DNA of 64,000 bases from Malacoraja senta (taxonomy: Eukaryota): positions 2,296,001 to 2,360,000 of the forward strand of contig CM075994.1 of NCBI GenBank assembly GCA_038087875.1. Reading direction: 5' to 3'. Position numbers and translations under genes: made by a program. The notes under the pieces are model-generated. The model was not told the origin of the DNA and did not search any database. It worked only from the letters and a program-made list of their open reading frames with translations. Positions 1 to 12,133 of this stretch are shown here, piece after piece. Every line of letters starts with the position of its first letter. Within the stretch, counting starts at the first letter, position 1.

Positions 1-540
1 GACAAAGCCAAGAGATAATGAGGTAGATAGTCAATCTTCTGTACCAACAACAAGAGGTTTAAGGCGAAAGGAAGAAGTTCAGAGGATTTGAGGGGAAAGT
101 TATTTTACATGGAGTGGCTGATATCTGGAATTTACCAGTGGAGGTGGTGAAAGCAGATTTAATGATCAGGTGATGGGATTAATACAGATGGGCAAAGGTG
201 GACAGTGTGGACGTGATTTCAGTGCTGTAGATTCTGCCTCAGAATAGTTAACCCTGCAAACAAGTTTACGTCACTGACCTTACATTTATGCTATCAAAAG
301 TGATATAAAAATGTTGCACGCTTTGAGTCTGGAGAACAGTCTCTTGCTTGACTGTTCTCCTTGTCTGACAAGTTATTGCGAATAATAAAGAAGTGAGCTG
401 TCACTCGCGTCTCGCATAAATTATTCTGACACCTTCCTGATCAAGGATGTGTTGTCTCTACTCCGGTTATGTGGGTTTTGAGGTGACGGGTGAGTCCAAT
501 GTGGGAACCGTGACTGAAGTGATTGTCACTTTCTTTACAG

Positions 541-1892
541 ACATGTCCCCATCTCACCAAAACGACTCTGCCTACGACAGCACTGATCAGGATGACTGGA
601 AAGAGGGAGAGAATGAAAAATGGCAAAGAGCAAACTCTAGCTCTTACCGACTGTCGATGAGCCAGGAAATGCTGAGGATGGCGAGAAGGCAGGACTATCA
701 AACAGACGTAATCACTAGGGTCACAGCTTCTTGTAGCAATGAATCAATTGATGGCAGAGCAACTTTTAGACCAAACGTAACAGCCTATCCATCCGGACTT
801 GCAACTGGACAGCAAAACATGAGGGTTAATAGACGCAGCTCTGAACCGACATTAGCTGTTGCCTTCAACCCGAGAAAGATCAACGGGCAGGAATTACTTG
901 CAAGAAGCCATGATGATTGTTCAGTAGCGTTTGACGTGGATTTCAATCAGCATCAAATGAACAAACAGGTATCTGAGGAAAGCTTTACAAGACATGTCAT
1001 TAACAACAGGTCGGGCAACTTTAATGTCAGTTCACACTCTGAGCTTTCTACTGCCTCCTCTTCAAAGGCTTCTTCAGTTTCTTCTCTGGCTAGCTCATGT
1101 TCAAACATGTCAGAGAACTCTGTTTTTATTTGCTCCCCGCTTGTTTCCCCTACTTGTTGTCAGGAGAATTATGTCTTTCCAGACCATTCAACTAAACTTC
1201 AAACTAATGCTATGCCAGACTCAAATAGTTATGTTAAAAGCACTAAAGAAAAAGCCAAGAAACCTCTAACAAAGACTTACAGCTGGGGTCCATCGAGGAC
1301 ACTTAATACAAACCAAGAATCTTTCAAGGATAACACGCTGAGAGAGAAGGTGCCGACCTGTCAGACGGTCCCTGAGGCCCAAGTTGAAGACAGTGACACT
1401 GCCAGATTCAGGACTCGCTGCATGTCTGTAGATGAAGTGTTTCAACGGGTTGACAGTAAAAAACGCCGCAGCCCCCCTTCTTATACTCAAGCTATTGAAG
1501 AAAGTTATCCATCTATTCCTTCAACGAAGCAAATGACAGTGAGAAACATGAAAAGTCAGTTGCAGCGGAAAGAACACATGAGATTTGGTGGCAAGTTAGT
1601 CGCCGGACAGAGAGACAGACCTTGTTCGTTAACAGACGAACTGCTCTATCCTTCACATGAACATCAGCTCGATCTTGATTCCTGTGATGAACAAAACACA
1701 GTTTTTTATCAGTCTGAAGCTCTGCACAATTGTTCTGAGCATGTTGTGCCTCTCACAAGACCTGAAAAAGCACAATGTTACAGAGGGAGAGCTATGTCAG
1801 AGTCTGCAGGCAGAAGCACGCATCAAATGTGGTCCACTCAAGCCTTTGTGGGCTACAAAGACTTTCAGCATGCTAAAGAGTCTTATGTGTAA
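541..1892 (+). CDS. TAGAP: TAGAP (T-cell activation RhoGAP), last coding exon; upstream exons lie outside the window
   Basis: Acceptor ctttctttacag ends at 540. The exon reads (D)MSPSHQNDSAYDSTD...NRRSSEP...KTYSWGP...FQHAKESYV-stop. The NDSAYDS, RRxSEP and AKESY[IV] motifs match vertebrate TAGAP as recalled. Adjacency to RSPH3 matches the known human 6q25.3 gene order. Confidence 0.88.
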
Positions 1893-2004
1893 CATTTGCA
1901 CAAACTATAATCTATGTTGTTAATATTCTGTTAATGCACTAGGACAACATAAAAGCTGTTATGTTCCATGATGTCTTCCGTTATAGTTGTATGTAGTCTA
2001 ATGG

Positions 2005-2010
2005 AATAAA
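2005..2010 (+). terminator. Candidate TAGAP polyadenylation signal (AATAAA)
   Basis: First AATAAA, about 110 nt after the TAA stop and just before SINE sequence begins. Confidence 0.5.
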
Positions 2011-2067
2011 ATAGAACCATTAAGTAACATTGCCTCTGAGATTTTCTGATTGGGGATTCGTATAATT

Positions 2068-2358
2068 CAGTGGTGCAGCTGTAGCTTCATGGAGCCAGAG
2101 TCCCTGGTTTAATCCTGACCTCGGATGCTGTCTATGCGGAGTTTGCACGTTCTGCCCTGACTATGTGGGTTTCCGCTGGGTATCCCGGTTTCCTCCCACA
2201 TCCCAAAGATAGGCAAGTTCTTTGGTGAATTGGCTGCTGCAGTGGATGAGAAAGTGGGATAACATACAAATAGTGCAAACGGATGATCAATGAGTCAGCG
2301 TGGACTCGGTGGATGAAAGGGCCTGTTTCCATGCTGTATCTCTAAAACTAAAACTAAC
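2068..2358 (+). mobile_element. HE1-like tRNA-derived V-SINE
   Basis: tRNA-like head, conserved core GGAGTTTGCACGTTCT...GGTTTCCTCCCACATCCCAAAGA, CR1-derived tail GGGCCTGTTTCC...CTGTATCTCTAAA. Confidence 0.75.
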
Positions 2359-2419
2359 GAGGCTATATGAGTAGAATTTAGAAATAAGAAGGGAATGATC
2401 ACATTGATGGGGTAGTTTT

Positions 2420-2702
2420 TTAGAGATACAGGTTGGAAACGGGCTCTTCAGTCCACCGAGTCCACACCAACCAGCGATCACCCTTACACTAGTTCTGTCC
2501 TACACACTCGGGACAATTTACAAAAGCCAATTAACCTACAAACCTGCATGTCTTTGGGATGTGGGTGAAAACTGGAGCACCCAGAGGAAACCCACGTGGT
2601 TAAAGGGAGAACGTGCAGACTCCACCCAGACAGCACCCATAGTCACGATCGAACCCGGATCTCAGGTGCTGCAAGGCAGCATCTCTACCGCTGCGCCACT
2701 GA
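2420..2702 (-). mobile_element. HE1-like V-SINE (minus). Further copies at ~3795-4070(-), 17355-18200(-), 29025-29330(+), 34250-34525(-), 48285-48582(+), 52335-52625(+), 55575-55860(+), 56230-56650(-), 56660-56890(+)
   Basis: Reverse complement of the same head/core/tail architecture, repeated throughout the window. Confidence 0.75.
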
Positions 2703-5134
2703 GCCACCTCCTATTGTACGATAGGTGCCTCAATAATTGGTAAGGTCATAAGTGATAGTAGAGTTTGGCCATTCGGCCCATCAAGTTAACTCTGCCATTC
2801 AATCATGGCTGATCTATCTCTCCCTCCTAACCCCATTCTCCTGCCTTCTTCCCATAACCTCTGACACCTGTACTAATCAAGAATCTATCTATCTATGCCT
2901 TAAAAATATCCACTGACGACCTCCACAGCCTTCTGTGGCAAAGAATTCCACAGATTCACCACCCTCTGACTAAAAAAATTTCTCCTCATCTTCCTAAAAA
3001 TTCCTTTAATTCTGAGGTAAGGATGCGAGCCCATGTGCTGCTCCTTCATGTCAGAAGCACACAGTAGGCAAACTCTGCCAACTATCCTTGATCGATTCCT
3101 GTGAGGAAACTTCAAGACAGTTTTGTTTTCATTTATTAATTCTTTGCGATGTGGGGATCGCAGCCAAGGCTGACACTTATTGACCATCTCTTAATTGCCC
3201 CTGAGAAGGTAATAGCGAGATGTCATCTTGAACTGTTGCCGTACCTCTGATGAAGGTACTCCCCCAGAAGTATGCAGTGGGGACTTCCAAGATTTGGACA
3301 CAGTGGTAATGAAGGATTAACAACAGTCGAGTGTCAAGAGTGTTCAATTAACATGTGCACTAGGAACGGAACAATGACATTCTGATTGGTGCATTTTTAC
3401 AGGCAACCACACAGCAAATAAATATGCAAAATTAATAATATAATAAATTATCAGTAATACTTGGTATCTAAACCATAATAATGCAGGCCGAAATTTGTAA
3501 ACAAATAGCATAGTAACAAGATGAGAGCGTGGCCAGGTTGATGAGTCTTTGATATTAGTTGTCTTTTTGATGGCTTCCTGTAGATCACTTTGGCGGTGGG
3601 GTGGTCAGTACCCGTGATGGGCTGGGCAGTGTCCACCACCACTTGCAGCCTCCTTCGTTTCTGGGTATTCAAGTTACCGAACTTTGCAACCAAACCGTGC
3701 GCTGATAGAAGTTTGATAAGAGTATTCAGCATTGTTGGTGTTGTCAGGCACTTGTTCATATTGGTGGGAGATGCCGCAAATCAGGACTGCCTTTAGACTT
3801 TAGAGATACAGCATGGAAACGGGCCCTTTGGCCATGCCGACCACTGATCACCCCGTACACAAGCACTATCCTGCACTCTAGGGACAATTTACAGAAGCCA
3901 ATTAACCGATAAACTTGTATGTCTTTGGAGTGTGGGAAGAAACCGAGCACCCAGAGAAAACCCACGTGGGTCACAGGGAGAACGTACAAACTCCATATAG
4001 ACAGCACCCGTAGTCAGGGTCGAACCCGGGTCTCTGGCGCTGTAAGTGCAATAACTCTACTGCTGTGCCAACCTTGTGCCAGAGTAATCTACATGTGTAA
4101 TGGACTGGGCTGCGCTCATGACTTTCTGCAATTTCAAGAATGTTTTATAGTGATACGTCCTGAAATAGAACAACAAAATTATTTCTTGTAGTAGCGCAAC
4201 AGATATGCAAACATAGTACTCAGTAGAGTATAAATAACAAAAAACACTACAATTAAAAAAACTATATAATACATAAACAAACCCCAAAGTCCCTAGTGCA
4301 ATCAAGGCAGTTTGTAGTTTAGTTAGAGTTCGTGGTGTTCAATAGCCTGATGGTTTTTGCGAAGAAGCTGTTCCTGAACCTGGACATTGGTTTTCAGGCT
4401 CTTGATTTTCTTTCTTACAAATTTTATGTGATGCTTCCAGATATCAAGCTCGGTCATCTCCCTTTGTGCTAGGCATTGTTCCCGCTAATTCTACTGGGCT
4501 CCTTGCTCCCACAATCAGTCAAGTGCTACCTGGAAAGCAAGAGCATTCTCAGCTCTCTCCCTCACCTGTTAAACTTGATAGTTTGGCAGATCAAGACAAA
4601 GACAGTTGGTTCAAATCAAATTTATTCTGATTTACCGATGACGGTCTTGACAACGCCACAGAAATACAACTGGCCACAATGGTGGTCTCTCAACGACTGA
4701 AGGGCAGAGCCCTGAAAACCGCGCGAAAACACGACCCCTCCCAGAGTTACATGCACGCGGATTCCGACCGCAGGGTTCGACACTTGCGAGCACCAGCAGG
4801 TGCCACTACAATAGTATTGTCAACAATTCTGGTCATTCCATTACCAGAAGGAGGTGGAGGTGTGGGAGAGGGTACAGAGGAGGTTTACCAGAATACTGTC
4901 TGGATTAGGGAGCATTAATTATTAAGTGAGGCTGCACGGACTTGAATAGTTTTCATTGGAGCGTGAGGCTTAGATAGGGTAGACAGTCAGAATTTCTTCA
5001 GGTTGGAAATGTCAGAGACTAGTGGGCATAGTTGTAAGGTGCGAGGAACAAACTTTAAGGGAGATGTGAGCTGTTTTCAACTTTAAAGGAGGACTTTGAA
5101 GGACAATGTTTGTTTGCAATCATAGATACAGTCA

Positions 5135-5535
5135 CTGACCATATCTCATATTTCGCTTGGGCAGCTTACAGCCCAGTGGTATGATTTCTGATTTCTCTCA
5201 CTTCAGGTGGCCCCGGCATTCCCCCTCTCTCTCTCTCTATCTCTCCCCCACCCAAGTCGCACTAGCTTCTCGTTTTCACCCTACAAACAGCTTACAATGG
5301 CCTGTTTCCTTTATCATCATTACTTTTTTGGCATATCTTTCACTCATTGTTCTTTATTTCTCCACATCACCATCTCTATCTCTCATTTCCCTCATCCCTA
5401 ACCAGTCTGAAGAAGGATCTCGACCCGAAACGTCGCCCATTCCTTCTCGCCAGAGATGCTGCCTGTCCCGCTGAGTTACTCCAGCTTTTTGTGTCCACCT
5501 TCGGTTTAAACCAGCATCTGCAGTTCCTTCTTACA
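5135..5535 (+). mobile_element. Penelope-like element 3' fragment (GIY-YIG C-terminus plus pLTR with hammerhead core)
   Basis: Encodes HLIFRLGSLQPSGM, homologous to the 53740-53800 segment. Followed by a pyrimidine tract and GTCTGAAGAAGGATCTCGACCCGAAACGTC at ~5405-5434. Confidence 0.7.
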
Positions 5536-5699
5536 CATACTGACCGTGCCATTCTGAGCTGGCCCCATTTGCCTGAATTTGGCCTCATATCCTTCCAAAC
5601 CTTGTCTATAAATAGACACAAAATGCTGGAGTAACTCAGCGGAACAGGCAGCATCTCTGAAGAGAAGGAATGAGAGACCCTTGTTCAGAAGCTCCTGTC

Positions 5700-7692
5700 C
5701 ATTCACATGGCAGACGAGTTGAACAGGTAATTTGGTTCTGTCTTCACTAAGGAAGACACAAACACTCTCCCAGATGTACTAGGGAACAGAGGATCTAGGG
5801 TGATGGAGGAACTGAAGGAAATTCACATTAGTCAGGAAATGGTGTTGGGTAGACTGATGGAACTGAAGGCTGATAAATCCCCAGGGCCAGATGGTCTACA
5901 TACCAGGGTACTCAAGGAGGTGGCTCTAGATATTGTGGATGCATTGGTTAAGAAGGAACAGCAGATATTGGAAAAATCTAAAGTAGATGCTGGAGAAACT
6001 CAGTGGGTGAGGCAGCATCTATAGAGAAAAGGAGTAGGTGTCGTTTCGGGGTGAGACCCTTCTTCAGACTTATGTCAGGGGCGGTGGCAGGAAAAAGAAA
6101 GGAAGAGGCGTAGACAGTAGGCTATGTGGGAGAGCTGGGGAGCGGAAGGTGGGAGAAAGAAAGGACTACCTGAAATTAGAGAAGTCAATGTTCATACTGC
6201 TGGGGTGTAAACTACCCAAGCGAAATATGAGGTGTTGTTCCTCCAATTTGCGCTGGGCCTCACTCTGGCAATGGAGGCCCAGGATAGAAAGGTCAGATTC
6301 AGAATGGGAAGGGGAGTTGAAGTGCTGGGCATTGGTGATCATTTTCCAATGTTCTATAGATTCTGGATCAGTTCCTGTGGATTGGAGGGTAGCTAATGTT
6401 ATCCCACTTTTTCAGAAAGAAGGGAGGGAGAAAACAGGTAATTATAAACCAGTTAGCTTGGGGAAGATGCTGGAGTCAATTATTAAAGATGTAATAGCGG
6501 TGCATTTGAATAGCAGTAACAGGATCGGTCCAAGTCAGCATGTATTTACGAAGTGGAAATCTTGCTTGAGTAATCTTCTGGAATTTTTTGAGAATGTAAC
6601 AAGTAAAATTAATAAAGGGGAGCCAGTGGATGGATAGAAAATAGTTTGGCAGACAGGAAACAAAGAGTAGGAATTAACGGTTCCCTTTCAGAATGGCAGG
6701 TAATGACTAGTGGGGTGCTGCAAGGCTCGGTGCTGGGACCGCAGCTATGCACAATATATATTAATGATTTAGATGAAGGAATTAAAAGTAACATTAGCAA
6801 ATTTGCAGATGACACAAAGCTGGGTGGCAGTGTGAAGTGTGAAGAAGATGCCATGAGGATGCAGGGTGGATAGGTTAGGTAAGTGGGCAGATGCATGACA
6901 GATGCAGTATAATGTGGGTAAATGTGAGGTTATCCACTTTGGTGGCAAGAACAAGAAGGCAGATTATTATCTGAATGGTGTCAGATTAGGAAAAGGGGAA
7001 GTACAATGAGACCAGGGTGTCCTTGTACATCAGTCACTGAAAGTAAGCATGCAGGTACAGCAGGCAGTGAAGAAAGCTAATAGCATGTTGGTCTTAATAT
7101 TAAGCGAATTTGTGTATAAGAGCAAAGAGGTCCTTCTGTAGTTGTACAGGGCCCTGGTCAGACCTCACCTAGAATATTGTGTGCAGTTTTGGTCTCCTAA
7201 TTTGAAGAAGGACATTCTTGCTATTGAGGCAGTGCAACGTAGGTTCACAAGGTTAATTCCTGGGATGGCGGGACTGTCATATGATTAAAAGAATGGAACG
7301 ACTGGGCTGGAATTTAGAAGGATGAGCAAGAACCTTATAGAAACATATAAAATAATTAAGGGATTGCACACGCTAGATGCAGGAAACATGTTCCGGATGT
7401 TGGCGGAGTCCAGAACCAGAGGTCACAGTTTAAGAATAAGGCGTAGGCCATTTCGAACTGTGATGAGGGAAAACCTTTTCTCCCAGAGAGTTGTGAGTCT
7501 GTGGAATTATCTGCCTCAGGCAGTGGAGGCCAATTCACTGGATGCATTCAAAAGTGAGTTAGATATAGATCTTAGGGCTAGTGGCACCATGATCACAGTG
7601 AATGTCGGTGCTGGCTCGAAAGGCCGAATGGCCTACTCCTGCACCTATTATTTGTGTATCTGTATCTGTATCTATGTGTCTATGTATCTATG
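5700..7692 (+). mobile_element. CR1 (HER1-type) LINE, 5'-truncated ORF2, decayed
   Basis: Motifs KSPGPDGLH, VPVDWRVANV, KSCLSNLLEFF, QGSVLGP, KFADDTKLG, RTRGHS and the CR1 3' UTR with microsatellite tail. Stops and frameshifts are present. Confidence 0.88.
5949..6328 (-). mobile_element. Penelope-like fragment inserted into the CR1, with 8-bp TSD
   Basis: GCATTGGT is duplicated at 5941-5948 and 6329-6336. The insert is homologous to 53525-53885. Confidence 0.8.
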
Positions 7693-7759
7693 TTGTGTCC
7701 AACTACCTTGTGGAAGTTGTACACAAAGATCATAAAGCTCCAAGATCTTTGGTTGTACA

Positions 7760-7921
7760 CATGTATGGTGACGTCAGGCCGCAGCCTCTCGTCCGCTGGA
7801 GAACGCGACGTCACGTCCGGCCGTGGTCGGCGATGGCAACGGTTGCCAGGGCGACAGGCTAGTGGTGGTTACCAAGGGCCGGGGCCGGGCTGCGGGCTGC
7901 AGGCGGCGGCTCCTCAGCGAC
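7760..7921 (+). promoter_or_regulatory. RSPH3 proximal promoter / CpG island with CRE and RFX X-box motifs
   Basis: CpG-rich. Perfect CRE TGACGTCA at 7769-7776 and variant CGACGTCA at 7806-7813. X-box-like motifs: ATGGCAAC (7833-7840), GTTGCCAGGGCGAC (7842-7855), GTTACCAAGG (7868-7877). All lie just upstream of the RSPH3 ATG. Confidence 0.7.
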
Positions 7922-8040
7922 ATGACGAGCGTGGTAGCGCAGCAGGATGGCGGCGGTGGCGGCACCGGCAGCGGCACCTACACTTTCTCCAGCCACCCCA
8001 GGGCCCTGCAAGGGAGGAAGAAATACCGGCAGGAAGATCA
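7922..8040 (+). CDS. RSPH3: RSPH3 coding exon 1
   Basis: ATG at 7922. MTSVVAQQDGGGGGTGSGTYTFSSHPRALQGRKKYRQED resembles human STYTYTSRPRAL. Donor CA|gtgagt at 8041; 119 nt, phase 2. Confidence 0.88.
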
Positions 8041-8228
8041 GTGAGTGGAGAGGAGGGGTGAGGGATGGGGGGAGTGGAGGGGGTGAGGAGGGAGCTGAAG
8101 GGATGGAGGTGAGGGATGGAGGGGGTGAGGAGGGATGGATGGGTGAAGGCATGGAAGCGGTAAGGGAAGAAGGGTGGGGGATGGAGGGGTGAAGGGATAA
8201 AGGGAGTGAGATAGATGAGGCAGGTACT

Positions 8229-9651
8229 AGTCAAGTCAAGTCAAGTGCGTTTATTGTCATGTGTCCCTGGTAGGACAATGAAATTCTTGCTTTGCTTTAG
8301 CACAACAGAACATAGTAGGCATTTACTACAAGGCATTCTATAAATATATATATAAATTTATATAAATTTATATTATATAAATATATATAAATGGTCAATA
8401 TACTGATAAAGTGCAAATAACAGTATTGGCTAGTAAAGTTCAGTGTTATGTCCGAGCCAGGCTGTGGGGAAGTAGCTGTTCCTGAACCTGGTCGTTGCAG
8501 TCTTCAGGCTCCTGTACCTTCTACCTGAAGGTAGTAGGGAGATGAGTGTGTGGCCAGGATGGTGTGGGTCCTTGATGATGCTGCCAGCCTTTTTGAGGCA
8601 GCGACTGTGGTAGATCCCCTCGATGGAAGGGAGGTCAGAGCCGATGATGGACTGGGCAGTGTTTACTACTTTTTGTAGTCTTTTCCTCTCCAGGGCACTC
8701 AAGTTGCCGAACCACGAACCAGCATGCTCTCTACTGTGCACCTGTAGAAGTTAGAGAGAGTCCTCCTTGACAAACCGACTCTCCGTAATCTTCTCAGGAA
8801 GTAGAGGCGCTGATGTGCTTTCTTAATAATGGCATCATTGTTCTCGGACCAGGAAAGATCTTCAGAGATGTGCACGCCCAGGAATTTGAAGCTCTTGACC
8901 CTTTCAACCATCGACCCGTTGATATAAACGGGACTGTGGGTCCCCATCCTACTCCTTCCAAAGTCCACAATCAGTTCCTTGGTTTTGCTGGTGTTGAGGG
9001 CCAGGTTGTTGTGCTGGCACCATATGGACAGTTGCTCGATCTCTCTTCTATACTCTGACTCACCCCCATCAGTGATACGTCCCACAACAGTGGTGTCATC
9101 AGCGAACTTGATGATGGAGTTCGCACTATGTCCGGCTACGCAGTCATGAGTATAGAGTGAGTACAGCAGGGGACTGAGCACGCAGCCTTGAGGTGCTCCC
9201 GTGCTAATTGTTATCGAGTCTGACACATTTCCACCAATACGAACAGACTGTGGTCTGAGAGTGAGGAAGTCGAGGATCCAATTGCAGAGGGATGCGCAGA
9301 GACCCAGTTCTGCGAGTTTGGTAACCAGCTTGGAGGGGATGATTGTGTTAAATGCCGAGCTGTAATCGATGAATAACAGCCTGACATATGAGTTTTTGTT
9401 GTCCAAGTGGTCCAGAGCGGAGTGGAGGGCCAGCGAGATCGCATCCACCGTTGATCTGTTGTGGCGGTAAGCGAACTGCAGTGGGTCCAGGTTTTTGTCG
9501 AGGTAGGAGTTGATCTGCGTCATGATCAACCTCTCAAAGCACTTCATCACCACAGGCGTTAGTGCCACAGGGTCGATAGTCATTGAGGCACGTTACCTTA
9601 CTCTTCTTGGGCACTGGTATAATTGATGCCCTTTTGAAGCAGGTGGGGACT
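8229..9651 (-). mobile_element. Rex1/Babar-clade LINE, 5'-truncated RT and 3' end
   Basis: ORF 8699-9583 contains [54 protein letters not shown] and [12 protein letters not shown]. (CTTGA)n tail at 8229-8246. Confidence 0.85.
8340..8392. repeat. AT-rich (TA)n microsatellite
   Basis: Direct reading. Confidence 0.85.
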
Positions 9652-10553
9652 ATAACAACATTTAAAACATTTACAACATTATAACAATAGAATGACCTAC
9701 CCTGCTCTTGCAAATTACTTTGACTCTCTGTGTCCCTGTGGTATGTGGTTGATGGGCCGAATGGCCCAATTCTCCTCCTATCACATGATTTTATGCTTTA
9801 AAGGTTTATTGGCTGCTGTAAAAATTGTCGCTTGAGTGTTGGATGTACGGGTGATAGTTGATTGGCGCAGACTCAGTGGGCCGAAGGGACTGTTTCCACG
9901 CTGTATCTCTAAACTAACCTATACTAAATTAAAAAATATATATCCATGTTCCTACACTCGTGGTTTAAGTAGAAGTTAATTTGACACAGAATTTGTTCCC
10001 ATTTCTTGTCATGTTTCAGTTTGCACCTGGGACTGTTTACCCATGGCCCTTTTTACAAAAGTCATGAGGCATTACAGTATGAAAACAGGTTCTTTGGCAC
10101 ACCGAGTGCCACCAAACATTAATCACCTATTCACACTAGTTCCATATTATCGCAATTTCGCATCCCTGCATATTTTTGAGAGTCTAATTAACCCAAAAAA
10201 CTGTACGTCTTTGGGATGTGGAAAAGCACACAAAAGAAATCCACACGGTCACAGGCAGACCAGTGGAACTTCCTACCAGTGGAAGTTAACTTTGAAGCTA
10301 TTCTCCATTGTTCAGTGCTTTGTGTCCCTCCTATTGCCATAAAATCTAAAACCGCTGGCTTACCCAACCATGACAATTTGGTTTGAAGCTCCCTAGTCAT
10401 CCCAATGCCATGGTTTATTTTAACTACATATCGCATTCTGCCACTGTCATTGTTTAGTTACTGTTCTTTCTATTTGTAACAAATTCTGAATACAATTTAT
10501 GGAATGTCATGTCATTCTAAGCTCGTGCTAACAACTCAATCCTTTATTTTCAG

Positions 10554-10638
10554 ATGTACGGCAGGATATTATGGAAACATCATGTACGACAGAAGGGTGG
10601 TGCGAGGAAACACATACGCACAGCATACCCTCCCTGTG
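10554..10638 (+). CDS. RSPH3: RSPH3 coding exon 2
   Basis: Acceptor ctttattttcag. (Q)CTAGYYGNIMYDRRVVRGNTYAQHTLPV contains the RSP3 hallmark YGNIMYDRRVxRGNTYA. Donor gtaagc; 85 nt. Confidence 0.95.
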
Positions 10639-10690
10639 GTAAGCCTGTAGAGCATGATTCCAGCTTACAATTCAACAGTTTCTATCCATC

Positions 10691-11388
10691 GGGTGGCGTC
10701 ACCGTGTTGGCTGCCTCGCCAACAGTCTGTCAGTCCCCTCTCTGTTTTTATTCATTTAAGTATGTTTTAAAAGTATGATTTAGTGTTTCTTGGTTTGTTT
10801 TATGTGGGAGGTACTGGGGGGGGGGAATCGGGAGAAACCTTTTTCAGTCACTCACCTCGACGGAGATGCAATTTCGTCCCCCCCCTGCGGCTTAACAATG
10901 TGGAGTGGTGCAGCCTTTCCTGAAGACCGGCCCGGAGCTTCAGCCTTGGGCATGGCGCGGACTTACCATCGTGGAGCCTGCGATCCTTTGCCGAGGAACG
11001 CCAGTGAAAGGGCTCTTACCGCGGGGCCTGTGGACTTTAACACCGTGAAGCCGCCGTAAGAAGAGGCCGACTCGGGAGCTCCAAGCTCGATCCGTCCCGA
11101 CGCCGGAATTTCGTTCATCCCGACGCGAGGGCTTGAACATCGGATCGCCGGCAGCGGCGAACTGTGGAAGGTTCAGCCCCGACCACAGGTGAACAAAGGA
11201 GGAAGATGACTGAACTTTATTGCCTTTCATCACAGTGAGGAATGTGGATTCCACTTGTGGTGGATGTTTATGTTAAACTTTATTTTATGTGGCTATGTGT
11301 ATTGTTGCTTTTCACTTAGTATGGCTGTATGGTAACTCAAATTTCACTGTACCTTAATTGGTGCCTGTGACAAACGCAAACTTGAACA
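10691..11388 (+). mobile_element. Non-coding interspersed element with a Rex/L2-like 3' tail
   Basis: CpG-rich body ending in CACTGTACC...TGTGACAA...CTTGAAC, a tail type seen elsewhere in the window. No credible ORF. Confidence 0.4.
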
Positions 11389-12133
11389 TACTTTAACTAG
11401 ACGGTGGTGATCTGTGTAATTCATTGCCTCAGACGGCTGTGAAGGCCAAGACATTGGGTATTTTTAAAGTGGAGATTAATAGGTTCCTGATTAGTAAGAG
11501 CATCAAAGGTTACAGGGAGATGGCAGGATAATGCAGTTGAGAGAGAAAAGTAGATCAGCCATGATCAAATGGCAGAGTAAACTTGATGGACCAAATGGCC
11601 TGATTCTGTTCCTATGTCCTATGTCCTATGGTCTTATACATTATAGTTGGACCATATTAGAGTAGTCCATAGCTTTATAGTACTCTATGGCTTTATAGTT
11701 AGTATTACTTATTACAGTTGTCAATTTTAATTTTGATTAAATAGAAGGAATATTTGAAAAATCATTTTCACATATTGAATCAAAAATTCTGTTCACAGTT
11801 CAGGGAATTCCAAATAACATCTCCATCTTCCACAACTAGTGCTCAAAGCCATGTTTAAGACCAGCAGATGTGTGTCATCATGTGTGAATTTAAGCTGAGA
11901 TCACTCTTTCATCTTTTCAGCGGTGGACAAGAAAATTGACAGATGCAGAACAATGGGCAGCATTCAATAGGGAAATCTGTTTGGAGAAATGTGTTTCTAA
12001 AAATAACAAACTCGCCATGAATGGATAAAAAAATAGAGGAAATTAACATACATTTCAGAGAGAAACCACATAAACGGATCAGGATGATAACTATAATATA
12101 ATGAATGAGTTTAGGAAAGTAGTGGAAGGATGT

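Noticed and set aside
447..540. N-terminal 31 codons of the 481-aa ORF as a real protein start
   Set aside because: They lie upstream of a strong acceptor at 540, and TAGAP similarity begins after it; this is intronic read-through.
2068..2130. tRNA genes at SINE heads (A/B-box-like GGTTCGATCC motifs)
   Set aside because: Each continues into SINE core and tail; these are tRNA-derived SINE heads, not tRNA genes.
4690..4810. CpG-rich patch with a GGTTCGAC B-box-like motif
   Set aside because: No cloverleaf, termini or second copy could be identified, so it could not be assigned.
7833..7835. Upstream ATG as the RSPH3 start
   Set aside because: It is out of frame with the 7922 ATG and lies within an X-box-like motif.
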